DNA from: Laetmonice hystrix
Lineage: Eukaryota
DNA length: 64,000 nt
Direction: 5' to 3'
Assembly: GCA_965235115.1 (NCBI GenBank)
Contig: OZ249443.1
Coordinates: 4,712,001-4,776,000 of the forward strand
Positions within the stretch are counted from its first letter, which is position 1, and every line of letters begins with the position of its first letter. The translations under genes were made by a program, and so were the position numbers. Shown here piece after piece: positions 63,235 to 64,000 of this stretch. The notes beneath the pieces were generated by a model that made no database searches, had not been told where the DNA came from, and saw only the letters and a program-made list of their open reading frames with translations.

Positions 63235-63343
63235 GTTGAAGTCGAAGAAAAGGATTTGTCCATCTTTGAGGGAATGCCGTCCGTGATATACAAGGGATCA
63301 AAGGACATGTGTTACTCTCTGCCGCCAGTCAAATATCCAGACG
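63235..63343 (+). CDS. FAD-dependent oxidoreductase, exon 4 (gene continues beyond the window)
   Basis: VEVEEKDLSIFEGMPSVIYKGSKDMCYSLPPVKYPDG. ttctcatag acceptor, GTATGT donor, phase 0/1. Confidence 0.88.
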
Positions 63344-63600
63344 GTATGTGATATTTCACCCTCACCACCAGGTGGTTCTCACATCGTAACCCCCCCCCCC
63401 CCCCAACAACAACAACAACAAAAATAGGATTAAGGCAGGTTCAGGGCTAGGCCAGGTTCCGCCGGTAGTAGCCTAGGTTGACAGATTCCTCCTTGACAAT
63501 ATTTTGTTTCATTTTTATTCATAGAACTCTGTGAATTCACTCTGCTGACCGTCACCCTCCCTAATTAACGCCATCCTTAAACCGCCGCCTAAATACGGAG

Positions 63601-63819
63601 AAATCCCACTTACCTCGGCGTCATACCTGCCCATATTCCAGGGGGATGTAATTTCAATGGAACAGCCAGCATGGTCAGCAAGGTCAGTACGGACAGGGAA
63701 AATAACACAGGGCATTCATTAAAATAACACAGCTGGCTGGCTGAAGTTACCTACTCCTGACAGTTGCCAATAAAACTTAGAATATTGCTTAGAATATGAC
63801 GCCGAGGTAACTGGGATTT
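63601..63819. repeat. 25-bp inverted repeat pair (1 mismatch) in an intron; MITE-like
   Basis: aaatcccacttacctcggcgtcata (63601-63625) and tatgacgccgaggtaactgggattt (63795-63819). Confidence 0.75.
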
Positions 63820-64000
63820 TCCCGAATGTGATACAAAAAAAAGAAGGAAAATATCTTAAGAACGGACCTGTTATTTTCGCATTATGTATTCCACTGTGAA
63901 TTCATATGAAACCACTGATGTTGAAGAGAGGGGTAAAAATGTGAAAGAATCTATATGCCAAGGTTTCAACGCCCTCACCAGTGCCGCAGTGTTTGATCTC

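Noticed and set aside
63524-63570. Strong AG acceptor as the next oxidoreductase exon
   Set aside because: The phase-1 reading hits TAA after ~14 codons and lacks oxidoreductase-like sequence.

Overview
Eukaryotic (animal, probably marine invertebrate; the species cannot be determined from sequence) genomic window with three spliced protein-coding genes and a very heavy load of tandem repeats and short inverted-repeat elements. (1) 1-~1070 (+): the last two coding exons of selenoprotein F (Sep15), with an in-frame TGA (Sec) at 24-26 in a C-Q-U motif and a type-2 SECIS hairpin at 896-969. (2) ~56500 to ~4780 (-): a complete BTB-BACK-6xKelch gene, a clear IVNS1ABP/NS1-BP homolog. I assembled 13 coding exons by hand; all are GT-AG and phase-consistent, totalling 2265 nt = 754 aa + stop. 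Its introns (the largest ~20.7 kb) contain more than ten minisatellite or satellite arrays. (3) 61067 onward (+): four exons of a sarcosine-oxidase-like FAD oxidoreductase that continues beyond the window. The giant ORFs in the six-frame track (47-52 kb, 39-41 kb, 15.7-16.6 kb, 37.5-38.4 kb) are artefacts of tandem repeats. A 183-N assembly gap lies at 60121-60303. Points of most interest: Sec recoding, a candidate kelch-less isoform, a minisatellite made of RFX X-box motifs, a frameshifted KH-domain fragment, MITEs with 5-bp target-site duplications, and the oxidoreductase, whose motifs look bacterial. No CRISPR, rRNA or tRNA was found, and I see no clear evidence of a wholly new multi-gene system.
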